DNA from: Nitrosopumilus sp.
Lineage (GTDB): Archaea; Thermoproteota; Nitrososphaeria; Nitrososphaerales; Nitrosopumilaceae
Assembly (NCBI GenBank): GCA_965218695.1
Contig: OZ244651.1
Location: forward strand, 1,664,001 to 1,728,000
DNA: 64,000 nucleotides
Direction of reading: 5' to 3'
Part shown: piece by piece, positions 1-10,391 of the stretch
Position numbering within the stretch: the first letter of the stretch is position 1
Layout of the letters: the number at the start of each line of letters is the position of its first letter
The notes under the pieces: model-generated
The model's input: only the letters and a program-made list of their open reading frames with translations
What the model was told of the DNA's origin: nothing
Database searches by the model: none
Made by a program: the position numbers and the translations under genes

Positions 1-1313
1 AATTCTGGCCCCGGGTTTTTCATGGTCAGGGTGCGGATGATCTCGCGGAGGTAGTGGTAGTGGCACTTTTGGTGGGTCCTGCCGATGCGGTTCCACGCAG
101 CGTGTGAATCAGAGGTGACGTGGCCTGCGTACCCTCCAAACAGGGTCTCCAGCACGTCTCCTCCCCGGCGCTTGTCCACGTAAAAGACAGTCGAGTTGTC
201 ACCGACTAGTATCCACAGCCAGTACAGCACACCGGCTACCCTCCAGCTGGTCTCGTCCCCGAAGACATGCTCTGAGAAGAATATCTCCTTGAGCATCTCC
301 TCGTAGAGCGGGTGGAGGGATCCTGTCACGGCATCCACGTGGCCGATGACAGTCGACTTGGCAAGGTCCGTGTGGTAGATTATGTTGATCAGCTTGCGGA
401 TGGGTTCGTAGGGAATGTTGTACATCCTCATCGTCGTCTCAAGGCACGTCAGGCTGGCGCCGAACCGTCCGCCGGGGACGACCCCTGGGATCTCGGGGGC
501 AAACTGCCTGCCGCATTCCCTGCAGTACCTGCGGACGACGGTATACTGGATGCCGGTCAGCTTCCCGTCGATAATCTCCTCGACTACCCGGATGGTCACC
601 TCGGTGGGCTCCTTCGAGAGGGCATGGCCGTGCGGGCAGGCGGGCATGTCGACTAGCTTTTTTTCGGATATCGGGGGAGGATCACGGCCGGTGCGCAGGC
701 AGACGACCTTCCTGAACGGGTCTGGTGCAGGCCCGGGTGATTCCCGGAGCCGCTTCTGGGAGCGGCGGCTTTTGATGCCCAGATTCTCGGCTGCCAGCGC
801 CGAGTTGGCCGCGCGCGCCTCCCTTAACTGAGAGGCATGCTCTGATGCCTGCTGCTCCAGGCGGGCTATCCTGTCCATGACTGCCTGCGAGACGTCGCAT
901 CCCTGCAGCAGGGCGGCATTCTCTGCCCGCAGCTTCTCTACCTCTACCTTCAAATTCTCCATATCTCCTCCCAGATTCTCTATCTCTGCATCTTTCAGCT
1001 CTATCTCGGAGTCCTTTTGTTCTATCTCGGAGTCCTTTTGTTCTATCTCGGAGTCCTTTTGCACATTCTCTTCTTCCAGCAGTTTGATCCTGGCATCCAT
1101 CTCCGTCAGCATCGCATGTTCCCCTGAGAAGGCCTCTGCCTCCTCCTTCAGCTGCTCGATGTCTTTTCTCAGCGCCATGCTCTCCTCGTCCTTGGATTTG
1201 AGCATGTCCAAGACGGATTCGAAGAGGGACTTGGTGTCGGTTACGGAGTTCCAGTCAATCTTTTCCAAGTCGATTACAGGCACCACGCCATAACACGGGA
1301 AGGCATGATCCAT
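1..1313 (-). CDS. IS66-family transposase (single ORF), 3' end runs off the window
   Basis: Manual translation from ATG at 1313 is open to the window edge: coiled-coil N-terminus, CPHGH...YCRECG zinc finger, GDETSWRV, VTSDSHAAW and HQKCHYHYLRE motifs. Absent from the ORF track because no stop codon lies in the window. Confidence 0.88.
   Translation of the reverse strand, partial: MDHAFPCYGVVPVIDLEKIDWNSVTDTKSLFESVLDMLKSKDEESMALRKDIEQLKEEAEAFSGEHAMLTEMDARIKLLEEENVQKDSEIEQKDSEIEQKDSEIELKDAEIENLGGDMENLKVEVEKLRAENAALLQGCDVSQAVMDRIARLEQQASEHASQLREARAANSALAAENLGIKSRRSQKRLRESPGPAPDPFRKVVCLRTGRDPPPISEKKLVDMPACPHGHALSKEPTEVTIRVVEEIIDGKLTGIQYTVVRRYCRECGRQFAPEIPGVVPGGRFGASLTCLETTMRMYNIPYEPIRKLINIIYHTDLAKSTVIGHVDAVTGSLHPLYEEMLKEIFFSEHVFGDETSWRVAGVLYWLWILVGDNSTVFYVDKRRGGDVLETLFGGYAGHVTSDSHAAWNRIGRTHQKCHYHYLREIIRTLTMKNPGPE
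1000..1062. repeat. 3 x 21-bp tandem repeat (QKDSEIE heptad) in the IS66 transposase
   Basis: tctatctcggagtccttttg(t/c) at 1000, 1021 and 1042. Confidence 0.95.
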
Positions 1314-2056
1314 AAAGCTTTTGGGCACGCAGCGCCTGCCGGAAAATGCGGCGCAAAAGATCCAACCGGAAGAGCCTTGATCCGAAAACCGCTCTGCCTG
1401 CCTGAGGACCGTGTTGATAACGTGCAATTAATCGGGTATTTATGGTCAAAAACGTAGCTCAGTTGGTAATTAATCGGAACAGATCAGGCACGGAATCGCT
1501 TCGCAAAGGCGACCTCTTACCGGAATAGTCAGATGCAGAAGTGAGGACGAGCTGCCCATCTGTGATTGCAAAGTCGTCGGCATCGGCACCCGTAACCTCG
1601 TAACTGTCAATGTCCGTATCAAAGCCCACACGTGCGGATATGTTACCCACCAGTATCTCGCTGTTGTCAACTGACTCATTCTCCAGAATGATGAACCATT
1701 GCCCCAGATTATGGTCGAATGCGGTGGCATCAGAGAACATGAAACTCATGTACCTCACCTGAGACACGTTCCAGCCAATGATGTCTGCGTTGAAGGAGCT
1801 GGCGGTAGAGAACATGGATCTCATGTCTGTCACCGTGGAGACGTCCCAGTCGGAGATGTCTTGGTTGAAGGAGCTGGCGCCAGAGAACATTAGAAGCTAT
1901 GCGTAATCCTTCCATTTCGCTGGATTAAACCGGAAAATTCCGGAAAATATTAAAAATTCTGATTTAATTCTCGCCATGTTAGCCATGTGGGGATCCTGTC
2001 CTGCCCGAAATACGAAATAACGTGCGCAGCCTTGCAGCACCACGATGTGCACGGGA

Positions 2057-3373
2057 TTAATTGTTTGAGACGGCGCTGCCGGGGGCGTTTGCCTGTTCCC
2101 AGTTTATCACCGGCCCCAGATTGCCGCCTGAAGGAGGCGGTCCCTTCTCCAGGTAGTTCCACACGAGGTCCAGGTTTACAAGCCCGGCTATTATGTTAAA
2201 TTCCCTGTTAAAGTCGCCAATCTTTCCTTTGTATGGCGCGGTAAGCCGGCCGTACCGCTTCAGCCTGCCGATGGAGTGCTCCACCTTTACCCGGGCGGAG
2301 TTGATTTTATGGTTGTGCTCTTTTTCCTCCTTTGTAAAGCGCTTGTGGTTCTTGGTCTTCTTGTGCGGCTGCAGGGTGTTTGTGCCGGGCAGATCCTTTG
2401 CAATTCCCTTGTAGCCGCGGTCAGTAAGGGTGTGGATCCTGTCCTCTTCGGGGGTGTTCTCGTCGCACATGCGGTCCCACCATTTTCCAAATGGCAGCGG
2501 GCTCTCCCTGAGCAGCGTGATGTCGTGGACGGATCCCACGGTGCTGCCGGATATGGCGACTATCACCCCGTTTTCGTTTATGCACACGGTGGTGTTGAGC
2601 GTGAATTTCTTCTTCTTGCCAGAATACATCATGCTCCTCATCTGTTTTTCGTCCGGCCTCTGTATGGGGCAGTGCGTGCCGTCGATCATCATAATGCCCC
2701 CGTCAGGCCCGGAAATTATTTTTTTGAGATCCTCTTTTGTCTCCGTGTCCTCTATCTCCTTTGAGATGTTGGCAGCGGTGGGCAGCACCGCCTCAAGCAC
2801 CCCGTCTAGTACATCGATATACCGGGACACGGTCGCCTGGTCTATTCCAAAGAATGCCGCAAGCACGCCCTGCGTGGGGTTGCCCTTTTTGTACATCAGT
2901 GACATGAGCAGCGCGTGCCTTGGGTACAGCTTGCAGCGGTTCCCGGGATCCGACGCCCTCGTCTCGTCACTCCTGAAGAGCGGGGATTTGCCGCTTTGCC
3001 TTATCCACGCCTCGGCCCTGTCAAGCATGTATTGGAACTGTTCCCTGCGCTTCAGCGTCGCGTCATGAAGATTTTCCCCGACTCTGATGATCTCATCAAG
3101 CACCTCCACGCGGTGCAGCAGGGCGGGCTCTCCTGCGGCTCCGGACTCGGAGCCGTCCCGTGTGCGCCACAGGCTTTGCTCGTGCCTGGCAGCTGCGTCC
3201 TGGCGCTTGATGTCAGCGTCCTGGCGCTTGATGTCAGCGTCCTGGCGCTTGATGTCAGCGTCCTGGCGCTTGATCATGTCTCTGAGAGCCTTGTTCTCTT
3301 TTTGCAGGTCACTTGTTTTCTGTTCCGACAACAGTATGAACCGGCATATTCTGGTTTTAATTGGATGGATCAT
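2057..3373 (-). CDS. DDE transposase (HTH_Tnp_4 + DDE_Tnp_4 type)
   Basis: LAAFFGIDQATVSR HTH, IDGTHCPIQRP, YSGKKK, DRGYKG, RVKVEHSIGRLK motifs. Confidence 0.92.
   Translation of the reverse strand: MIHPIKTRICRFILLSEQKTSDLQKENKALRDMIKRQDADIKRQDADIKRQDADIKRQDAAARHEQSLWRTRDGSESGAAGEPALLHRVEVLDEIIRVGENLHDATLKRREQFQYMLDRAEAWIRQSGKSPLFRSDETRASDPGNRCKLYPRHALLMSLMYKKGNPTQGVLAAFFGIDQATVSRYIDVLDGVLEAVLPTAANISKEIEDTETKEDLKKIISGPDGGIMMIDGTHCPIQRPDEKQMRSMMYSGKKKKFTLNTTVCINENGVIVAISGSTVGSVHDITLLRESPLPFGKWWDRMCDENTPEEDRIHTLTDRGYKGIAKDLPGTNTLQPHKKTKNHKRFTKEEKEHNHKINSARVKVEHSIGRLKRYGRLTAPYKGKIGDFNREFNIIAGLVNLDLVWNYLEKGPPPSGGNLGPVINWEQANAPGSAVSNN
3195..3274. repeat. about 4 x 21-bp tandem repeat (KRQDADI heptad) in the transposase
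   Basis: gcgtcctggcgcttgatgtca at 3195, 3216, 3237 and a partial copy at 3258. Confidence 0.95.
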
Positions 3374-4467
3374 AAATTTTTGACAGCAGGACTAACGTCA
3401 ACGCGGAGTTTGAAAAAGTTCTGGATTACGCATATTTTCTATTGCACCCAGGTCTGTCACCTTGGAGACGTCCCAGCCGGAGATGTCGGCGTTGAAGGCG
3501 TAGGCCTGATAGAACATGTAATCCATATCAGTCACACCCGAGACGTTCCAGTCGGAGATGTCGCCGTTAAAGGCGTAGGCCTCGGCGAACATGTATGTCA
3601 TGTCAGTCACGCCCGAGACGTTCCAGTCGGAGATGTCGCCGTTAAAGGCGTAGGCCTTGTTGAACATGTAGTGCAGGCTGGTCATTAGGGACACGTCCCA
3701 ATTGGACAAGTCGCCGTCAAAAGCTTCGGTCTTGTAGAACATGTTAAGCACGTCGGGGTCGGAGGAGAGATCAGGCGCATCGGTTGCCTCGTATTGCATG
3801 TTGACGGCATCCCTGAACATCGCTTCCATGCTGGACCATTGGGTATCGCCCCACTGGTCTACAGACAGCAGCAACTGCGGGGTATCGTACATTACGGCAA
3901 GCCGAGTGTCATAGTCAAAATAGAAGCGTTGCAGGTCGCCGGTGATTGCGACTGTGGCGCTAGTGGGCGTGCCGGGACTGAGGTTTGTGTAATAGTGTCG
4001 CGGTTCCCCCGTCGCGTTGTACGTGTCAGTATCGCCATCACCCCAGTCTACGTGCACTTCTCCACCGGATTCCACGCCTATACTAAACTTGACCTCGGCG
4101 AGGCTGCTGGGGGCAGAGGTAGGCGGTCCGGTAATGTTCCACGTGGTGACAAAGGCGGAGCTAGGCGGTTGCGCATACGCATTCGGCAACAGTATTGAAT
4201 TTGCCACCACCACCTCTGTCATGTCAGTCCAAGCACTGGCCACAGGATACAACGAGTTGTTCGCCCCTGTCTGCCACGACTCGTCGTGAAATACCGCATA
4301 CAATCCCGATACCATCACCGCGCCCAGTAGCAGCAGCATGGCACCTGCAGCAAGCCGCCTGCGTGATTTGAAGTTGTAGCATACCTCATAGTTTAGAATA
4401 CAACGAAGCGCAGACATTTGTCAATTTATTTCAAATTATTTATAATTAGTGCGTGTGATCAAAGATT

Positions 4468-4701
4468 TTACAAATGGAGTTCATTAAATAAGCTGTTTTC
4501 GCGGTTTGCCTTTTTCTGGCCGCAGGCGATACACCACTTATCGTGGTGGCATTGGTTGCACAGAAGCACCAAACTGGGTCCAGCATCATGCTTACCACAA
4601 GCATGCAGACATGGCGTAAACGGAAGCTCAACTTCTGCCCAAGAATTCGGCCGTCTCCTGAATGCATGTGTCTGGTCCATGCCGATACGAAACGCGTACA
4701 T
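4468..4701 (-). CDS. small Cys/His-rich hypothetical protein, possible zinc finger
   Basis: CLHAC, CNQC and CIAC motifs in a 77-aa ORF in a gene-sized gap. Confidence 0.35.
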   Translation of the reverse strand: MYAFRIGMDQTHAFRRRPNSWAEVELPFTPCLHACGKHDAGPSLVLLCNQCHHDKWCIACGQKKANRENSLFNELHL

Positions 4702-5052
4702 CAGCGCCTGACTCTGCTAGATGGATAATGGCATCAGAGATCCTAAGGCAAAATGGCATCCGCGATTTCTTGTATTCATACTGCCTGTGCTGTTCTCGAT
4801 AGTGTTTGGCTATGCGGCAATGGCCGACATACTTCAAAAGCCTGACCACGCCTTCAATGTGGGCCTAGTCGAGATTCAATCTCATGACTTCCAAGGGGTA
4901 TCGTAGGATCCCCGATAACTTCTGCCATTATTGGATGGATCGCGTGGGGGATCCGTACCCACTGTGCGAGTCCCTTTATGCCCGCATGATCTTGAGCCGT
5001 TCTGGAATGATTTGGTCGTACAGGGAGAGGAGCGCTCAGGATAACGTTACGC

Positions 5053-6555
5053 TCAGGACGCAGCTGCGTCCTCATCGCTGCCAACAATCCTGCCCACCTC
5101 GTCTCCCAGACCCTCGATGCACGTACTTATCCTGTTCTCCCTCTTTGTGAGATCCGTCCGGTACCGTTCTATTGCGGCAACGCGGTCTGATATCATCCTC
5201 TTTTGCTCGGCATACCCGGACGAGCCGTACGAGTTTCTGGCCTTCATGGAGGATGCAACGGTGGTGGAGGACACTATTCTGGACACAACCTCCGAGTCCA
5301 CCCCGGTGTCCTCGACTGACTTTAGTATGTCTGCAGAGTCAAGCCTCCGAATGGGCCTTTTGGACATGTGTGCTGCCTGCACCAGGGAGCCTGCAATCTT
5401 GTGCGTGATGCGGAACGGAATCCCCTCCAGCACCAGCCGCTCTGCTATGTCAAGGGCTATCAGGTTACCGGATACGGCAGCCCTTCTCATCTGTTTTTCA
5501 TTGACCCTCATGGTAAGTATCACGGACCTCATTATCAGCAGCGCGCTGACTGACATTCTTGAGGCAGCCCAGACAGGCACCTTTATCTGCTGCAGGTCGC
5601 GCCCGTATCCGGAGGCCAGCCCCTTGAGGGCGGACAGGACGGCAACCAGGCTCCCGATGGTGTGTGCAGTCTTGCCGCGGGTCAGCTCCAGTATGTCAGG
5701 GTTCTTCTTCTGCGGCATGACGCTTGACGGGGACGTGAACTCGTCTGCAAGCTCGACAAATGAAAACTCTGATGTCGACCACACCACAAGGTCCTCTGCC
5801 ATCCTGCTCAGGTTGGTCATCATAATGGATATCATGGCGATGTATTCTGCCACAAAGTCGCGCGTTCCCGTGGCATCCAGAGAGTTCTCTACAAGCCCGT
5901 CAAATCCCAGCATTCGGGCCGTGTCATGCCGGTCGATCGGAATGCTGGTCCCGCCTACCGGGCCTGCGCCAAGCGGGCTCAGGTTGACTCTCTCAAATGT
6001 TCCGTAAAGCCTTTGAAAGTCCCTCAGCAGGGCGTCTGCCTGTGCCAGAAGATAGTGCGAGAAGAGTCCGGCCTGGGCCTGCTGGAGATGCGTGTACAGC
6101 GGCATGACTGTCCTCTGGTGGATTCGGGCCACCGATATCATGGCCTCTGCCGTATCCAAAAGACACCTGCAGGCGGCATTGATGTCATCACGGATCTTCA
6201 TCCGCATGTCCAGAGCCACCTGGTCGTTCCTGGAACGGGCAGTGTGCATCCTGCCGCCTGACTCCATTCCGGCCCTTTCAATCACCATGGACTCTATCAT
6301 CTCGTGGACATCCTCTGCTGCACCTGATGCTGATGCTGCAGCAGCAACAGCAGCCCCTTCGTTCCGGATATCATCCAGTGCAGACAGTATCCTCTTCAGA
6401 TCATGCATCTTCAGGATTCCGTTCCGGTGGAGCATCAGCACGTGCGCCTGGCTTCCAAGGATGTCATAGCGTATAATCTCAGAGTCGTCCTCAACAGACG
6501 AGACATACTTGAGTGTAACGTCGTCCAGATCATTTCCAAGGCGGGAACGATACAT
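5053..6555 (-). CDS. argH: argininosuccinate lyase
   Basis: HTARSRNDQV, YTHLQQAQ and SSVMPQKKNPD signatures. Confidence 0.97.
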   Translation of the reverse strand: MYRSRLGNDLDDVTLKYVSSVEDDSEIIRYDILGSQAHVLMLHRNGILKMHDLKRILSALDDIRNEGAAVAAAASASGAAEDVHEMIESMVIERAGMESGGRMHTARSRNDQVALDMRMKIRDDINAACRCLLDTAEAMISVARIHQRTVMPLYTHLQQAQAGLFSHYLLAQADALLRDFQRLYGTFERVNLSPLGAGPVGGTSIPIDRHDTARMLGFDGLVENSLDATGTRDFVAEYIAMISIMMTNLSRMAEDLVVWSTSEFSFVELADEFTSPSSVMPQKKNPDILELTRGKTAHTIGSLVAVLSALKGLASGYGRDLQQIKVPVWAASRMSVSALLIMRSVILTMRVNEKQMRRAAVSGNLIALDIAERLVLEGIPFRITHKIAGSLVQAAHMSKRPIRRLDSADILKSVEDTGVDSEVVSRIVSSTTVASSMKARNSYGSSGYAEQKRMISDRVAAIERYRTDLTKRENRISTCIEGLGDEVGRIVGSDEDAAAS

Positions 6556-6604
6556 CAACTATGATTCTTGAATGGTTATATATAGCATCGACGCTTTTGC
6601 CGAC

Positions 6605-6919
6605 ATGAGCCAGGAAATCAAACAGATGAGGGTAAAGATATTTGACGAGCTCTCCAAGATAATGGATCCCGAGATAAACACGTCGATAGTGGAGCTGGAG
6701 CTGATAGACGAAGTTGACATCAAGGACAAGAACGTCAATGTCGACTTGCACCTTACAAGCCCGTTCTGTCCTGCGGTATTTGGTTTCAAGATATGCCAGG
6801 ACATTCATGACAACCTCCTAAGGGTGGACGGCGTAGACGATGTCAAGGTGAACGTATCAAACCACTTCATGGCAGAACAGATCAACAACCAGGTAAACAA
6901 CAGTCCAAAGCCGGCGTAA
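6605..6919 (+). CDS. DUF59/SufT-like metal-sulfur cluster assembly factor
   Basis: IMDPEINTSIVELELI and LTSPFCP motifs. Confidence 0.9.
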   Translation: MSQEIKQMRVKIFDELSKIMDPEINTSIVELELIDEVDIKDKNVNVDLHLTSPFCPAVFGFKICQDIHDNLLRVDGVDDVKVNVSNHFMAEQINNQVNNSPKPA

Positions 6920-7020
6920 CTATCGCATGCCCGTGTTGTGTGTGCAAGAGTCCCACACCGTCAAGTAGGTGCGATCCCGTGTCAGGACATGCATTATGAT
7001 TCAGTCTAGGACGGAAGAAT

Positions 7021-7812
7021 CTATTTTTTGAATCCCAGCATGTAGCCGCGGAGCATCTGGATTCCCATGGCAGGATCCACTCCCTTGGGACACACCTGGC
7101 TGCACGATCCTGCAAAATGGCACCGCCATATTCCGTGCGACTCGTCTATCACCTTGAGTCTGGAATCCTTTCCGTGATCCCGGTTGTCCCCCACATACCT
7201 GTACGCCTGGGCAAGCGCCTGCGGACCGACAAACTTCGAGTCAGTGGCCATCGTGGGGCAGACAGAGTTGCACAGGCCGCACTTTATGCATCCGGCAAAC
7301 TGGATGTACTCCTGCACCTCCTTGGGCGTCTGCAGGAACTCCTTTTTGGGGGGATCCTCAGAGTCGTCAAGCATCACGAACGGCTTGATGGTGCGGTGGG
7401 CCTCAAAGAGCCTGTCAAACCTTACTGCCAGATCGCGAATAATTGGAAAGTTCTTCATGGGCTCGACTGTGACAGTGTCAGAGTCCAGTTCGCTGATCTT
7501 TGTAAAGCACGCAAGCCTTGGCCTGCCGTTGATTATCATGCCGCACGAGCCGCACGTGGCCTGCCTGCACGAGTACCTTACCGCAACGGAGTGGTCAATG
7601 TACTTTTTTACCTCAAGTATGGCGTCAAGGACGGTGGTCCAGCGCCTGTACGGAACGGTAAACTCCATGAAATTTCTCTTTGAGTCATGTCCGGGGTTGT
7701 ACCTTGAGATGCGGAGCGTTATGGTCTCCTGTGCAGGCTGCTGCTGTTGTTGTTGCTGCTGTTGCTGCTGTTGCGGTTGTTGCTGCTGCTGCACGGCCTC
7801 GGTTTGTGCCAT
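7021..7812 (-). CDS. sdhB: succinate dehydrogenase iron-sulfur subunit
   Basis: SCRQATCGSC, CIKCGLCNSVCP, CHFAGSCSQVCP; N-terminal polyQ tract. Confidence 0.96.
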   Translation of the reverse strand: MAQTEAVQQQQQPQQQQQQQQQQQQPAQETITLRISRYNPGHDSKRNFMEFTVPYRRWTTVLDAILEVKKYIDHSVAVRYSCRQATCGSCGMIINGRPRLACFTKISELDSDTVTVEPMKNFPIIRDLAVRFDRLFEAHRTIKPFVMLDDSEDPPKKEFLQTPKEVQEYIQFAGCIKCGLCNSVCPTMATDSKFVGPQALAQAYRYVGDNRDHGKDSRLKVIDESHGIWRCHFAGSCSQVCPKGVDPAMGIQMLRGYMLGFKK

Positions 7813-7813
7813 G

Positions 7814-8170
7814 CTATACCATCCCCATGTTGGTCATAATAATTGTTCTGGAGCCGTACGCTATCAGTGCGAACATGCCTGCAAGGCACCCGTAGGATAC
7901 TGTCTTCTCATAGGCCCTCCCCTGCTTGAGTTCCAGCAGTATCACCCGCAGTCCGTTGAACCCGTGAACCGAGAGAAGTATCAGGATCAGTTCAAGCAGT
8001 ATCACGTACGGGATGAACTTGTAGTTGGCAAGGACAGTCTCATACTCGAGTGACTCTGCAAACCCCGTCGTAAGGCGCATCAGCACGTGGACTGCAACCA
8101 GAGCGACTGCGGCAAGGGCAGTCCCGTAGTGAATCTTCATTATAACGCTCTCCCTCATCTCATTCACCAA
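7814..8170 (-). CDS. sdhD: succinate dehydrogenase membrane anchor
   Basis: Three hydrophobic segments, HGFNGLRVIL, position in sdh operon. Confidence 0.85.
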   Translation of the reverse strand: MVNEMRESVIMKIHYGTALAAVALVAVHVLMRLTTGFAESLEYETVLANYKFIPYVILLELILILLSVHGFNGLRVILLELKQGRAYEKTVSYGCLAGMFALIAYGSRTIIMTNMGMV

Positions 8171-8591
8171 ACATTACTGCCAGCCCGTACATCATGGCGA
8201 CTGCGGCAAGGACTATTGCAGAGTATATCCCTATCTTGTGCCTGTAGTTCTGGGATGCCGGAGTGTACGGATAGTCTGGACGGGCCGGCCGGCCCACGCC
8301 TACGCCTCCATGTCCGAGCATCACCCGGATTCCATTAACCGTATGAAACACGCACATCCCAATCACGATTGCCAGCACTATGTGACCCTCGGTGGTCTGG
8401 GTCATGGCAAGGACCTCGTCCCATCCCACCCTGCCGCGCAGTATGTTGCTTGTCTCGTAAATGTGTGCAATAAAGTATACCAGCAGACCCAACCCGCTGA
8501 GCCGCATCAGCCAGTATGCCAGGCGCTCTATTCCGTAGCGGCCCGGATTGGCCATCCCCCCGATGCCCTCCTTGTGCTCGTCCTGTGTCAT
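8160..8591 (-). CDS. sdhC: succinate dehydrogenase cytochrome b subunit
   Basis: LMRLSGLGL, FHTVNGIRVML, position in sdh operon. Confidence 0.87.
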   Translation of the reverse strand: MTQDEHKEGIGGMANPGRYGIERLAYWLMRLSGLGLLVYFIAHIYETSNILRGRVGWDEVLAMTQTTEGHIVLAIVIGMCVFHTVNGIRVMLGHGGVGVGRPARPDYPYTPASQNYRHKIGIYSAIVLAAVAMMYGLAVMFGE

Positions 8592-10304
8592 CTAGTATCT
8601 TCTCTCCACGGGCTTGTATCTGGTAATGGTGACCGGATACTTTTTCATTATGGGTGCCTCAGGATCATAGTAGGCAAGGGTATGGTGTAAAAAGTTTGCA
8701 TCGTCACGCTGGGTATAGTCGGTCCTTGCGTGCGCCCCGCGGGACTCCTTTCTGTTTATTGCGCCAATCAGCACGATCTCGGCCACCCTGAACATCGAGT
8801 CAAGCTCCATGACGTTTTCAAAGTTGGTGTTGTACTCTTTTGCCTTGTCATCCACGTGTCTCCATGACTGCCTCCTCAGCTGGCGGATCCTTTTGAGTCC
8901 GTCTACAAGATCCCTCTCGTTCCTGTACACGTATGCCTTGTCATTCATGGTATCGGTCAACTGCTGCCTTATCTCATACGGATTGTCATGGCCGCCGCCC
9001 CGGAATATTCCGTCGTAGATGCGCTTCTCCTCTGCTGCCACCAGGTGATGCGGCCACGAGTCGGCGCCGGCCTGTTTCTGTACATACTCTGCTGCCAGCT
9101 CCCCGGTAATCTTCCCCCACACTATACACTCGGATGTGGAGTTTGCCCCAAGCCGGTTTGAGCCGTGGACGCTGTTGCATGCAGCCTCGCCGGCAGCCCA
9201 CACGCCCTGGATCTCCGTTGCCCCCTCGATGTCGGTGTGAATGCCGCCCATCATGTAATGGCAGACCGGCCGTATGTCAAGCAGACCCTGCGCCGGATCG
9301 ATTCCGGAGAACTTGATGGAGATCTCCCGGATGCCGCCAAGCTTGTCCTTTATCTTCTCGTCCCCGATGTGCCTAAGATCAAGCTTCATGCAGTCAACGC
9401 CGGACTCGTGCCTGAACCCGCGACCCTCCTGAATCTCAGTTATGATCGCACGGGAGACGATGTCCCGCGGTGCCAGTTCCATCTTTTCTGCAGCGTACTT
9501 TTTCATGAACCGCTCGCCGCTGGAGTTGAGCAGGTATCCGCCCTCCCCCCTTGCGCCCTCGGTAATCAGTATCCCCGAGGGCAGTATCCCGGTGGGGTGA
9601 AACTGCACAAACTCCATGTCCTTGAGGGCCATTCCCGAGCGCAGTCCCATGTCCAGGCCGTCAGGCGTGGAGGAGAGGGCATAGGTTGAAAAGCTGTACA
9701 GCCTTCCGGCGCCGCCGGTTGCAATTATCATGGCCTTGGCCCGGATGGTATAGAATGTGCCAGACGAGAGCTCTATTGCAGTAATCCCCATGAACTTCCG
9801 CCCGTCGTGTATTATGGAGGTTGCAAACCATTCGTTAAGGTACTCTATATTGTCAAACCTCTGGCACGTGTCATACAGCGTCTGCATCGCAAAGAAGCCC
9901 ACCTTGTCTGAGGCATAGGTGGCCCTCGGGAAGCTGTACCCGCCAAAGTTTCTCTGGTCTATCCTGCCGTCGTCCCTTCTGGACCACGGCATCCCCCAGT
10001 GATCCATCTGGTATATCTCCTCTGAGATCTCGGTGCAGAGCTTTTCTGCAACGTCTTGGTCTGCAAGAAAGTCGCTCCCCTTGACAGTGTCATATATGTG
10101 GGACTCGACGGTGTCCCCCTCGTCACCAAACAGGACGGCTGCGGTGCCTCCCTCTGCAGAGACGGAGTGTGATCGCATAACCTGCAGCTTTGAGACTATC
10201 CCAATCCTGAGGTTTGGGGCCTTTTGAGCAGCTGCGATTGCTGCGCGCAGGCCGGCAAGCCCGGAACCGCACACCAACAGATCAAAATCTATTGAATCCA
10301 CCAT
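8592..10304 (-). CDS. sdhA: succinate dehydrogenase flavoprotein subunit
   Basis: [42 protein letters not shown]. Confidence 0.97.
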   Translation of the reverse strand: MVDSIDFDLLVCGSGLAGLRAAIAAAQKAPNLRIGIVSKLQVMRSHSVSAEGGTAAVLFGDEGDTVESHIYDTVKGSDFLADQDVAEKLCTEISEEIYQMDHWGMPWSRRDDGRIDQRNFGGYSFPRATYASDKVGFFAMQTLYDTCQRFDNIEYLNEWFATSIIHDGRKFMGITAIELSSGTFYTIRAKAMIIATGGAGRLYSFSTYALSSTPDGLDMGLRSGMALKDMEFVQFHPTGILPSGILITEGARGEGGYLLNSSGERFMKKYAAEKMELAPRDIVSRAIITEIQEGRGFRHESGVDCMKLDLRHIGDEKIKDKLGGIREISIKFSGIDPAQGLLDIRPVCHYMMGGIHTDIEGATEIQGVWAAGEAACNSVHGSNRLGANSTSECIVWGKITGELAAEYVQKQAGADSWPHHLVAAEEKRIYDGIFRGGGHDNPYEIRQQLTDTMNDKAYVYRNERDLVDGLKRIRQLRRQSWRHVDDKAKEYNTNFENVMELDSMFRVAEIVLIGAINRKESRGAHARTDYTQRDDANFLHHTLAYYDPEAPIMKKYPVTITRYKPVERRY

Positions 10305-10391
10305 TTTCTAAGACAGGCTTGTTTTGTACAGGATAAATATGTAATAATCTCCAGACAGGAAGACTAAAATATATCGCTACTGATATCACTA

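Larger units (their letters stand above)
1..1520 (-). mobile_element. IS66-family element, left end at about 1520
   Basis: The minus strand at 1520 begins GTAAGAGGTCGCC, an IS66-type GTAA terminus, exactly where the DUF285 reading frame loses recognisable sequence. The other end is outside the window. Confidence 0.6.
1892..3440 (-). mobile_element. IS5-family (ISL2/Harbinger-like) insertion sequence
   Basis: 18-bp TIRs AGAAGCTATGCGTAATCC / AGAAAATATGCGTAATCC; 3-bp TSD ATT at 1889-1891 and 3441-3443. Confidence 0.88.
1521..4417 (-). pseudogene. BspA/DUF285 repeat surface protein with PKD-like and cadherin-like domains, split by IS insertions
   Basis: ORFs 3398..4417 and 1459..1890 both carry MF..A.AFN.DIS.WDVS.VTDM 25-aa repeats. 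Removing 1892..3443 restores the frame ...DLGAMFSGASSF. Confidence 0.88.

Noticed and set aside
3450-3720. DUF285 repeats as diversity-generating retroelement TR/VR
   Set aside because: No reverse transcriptase in the window; the copies are ordinary 75-bp tandem coding units.
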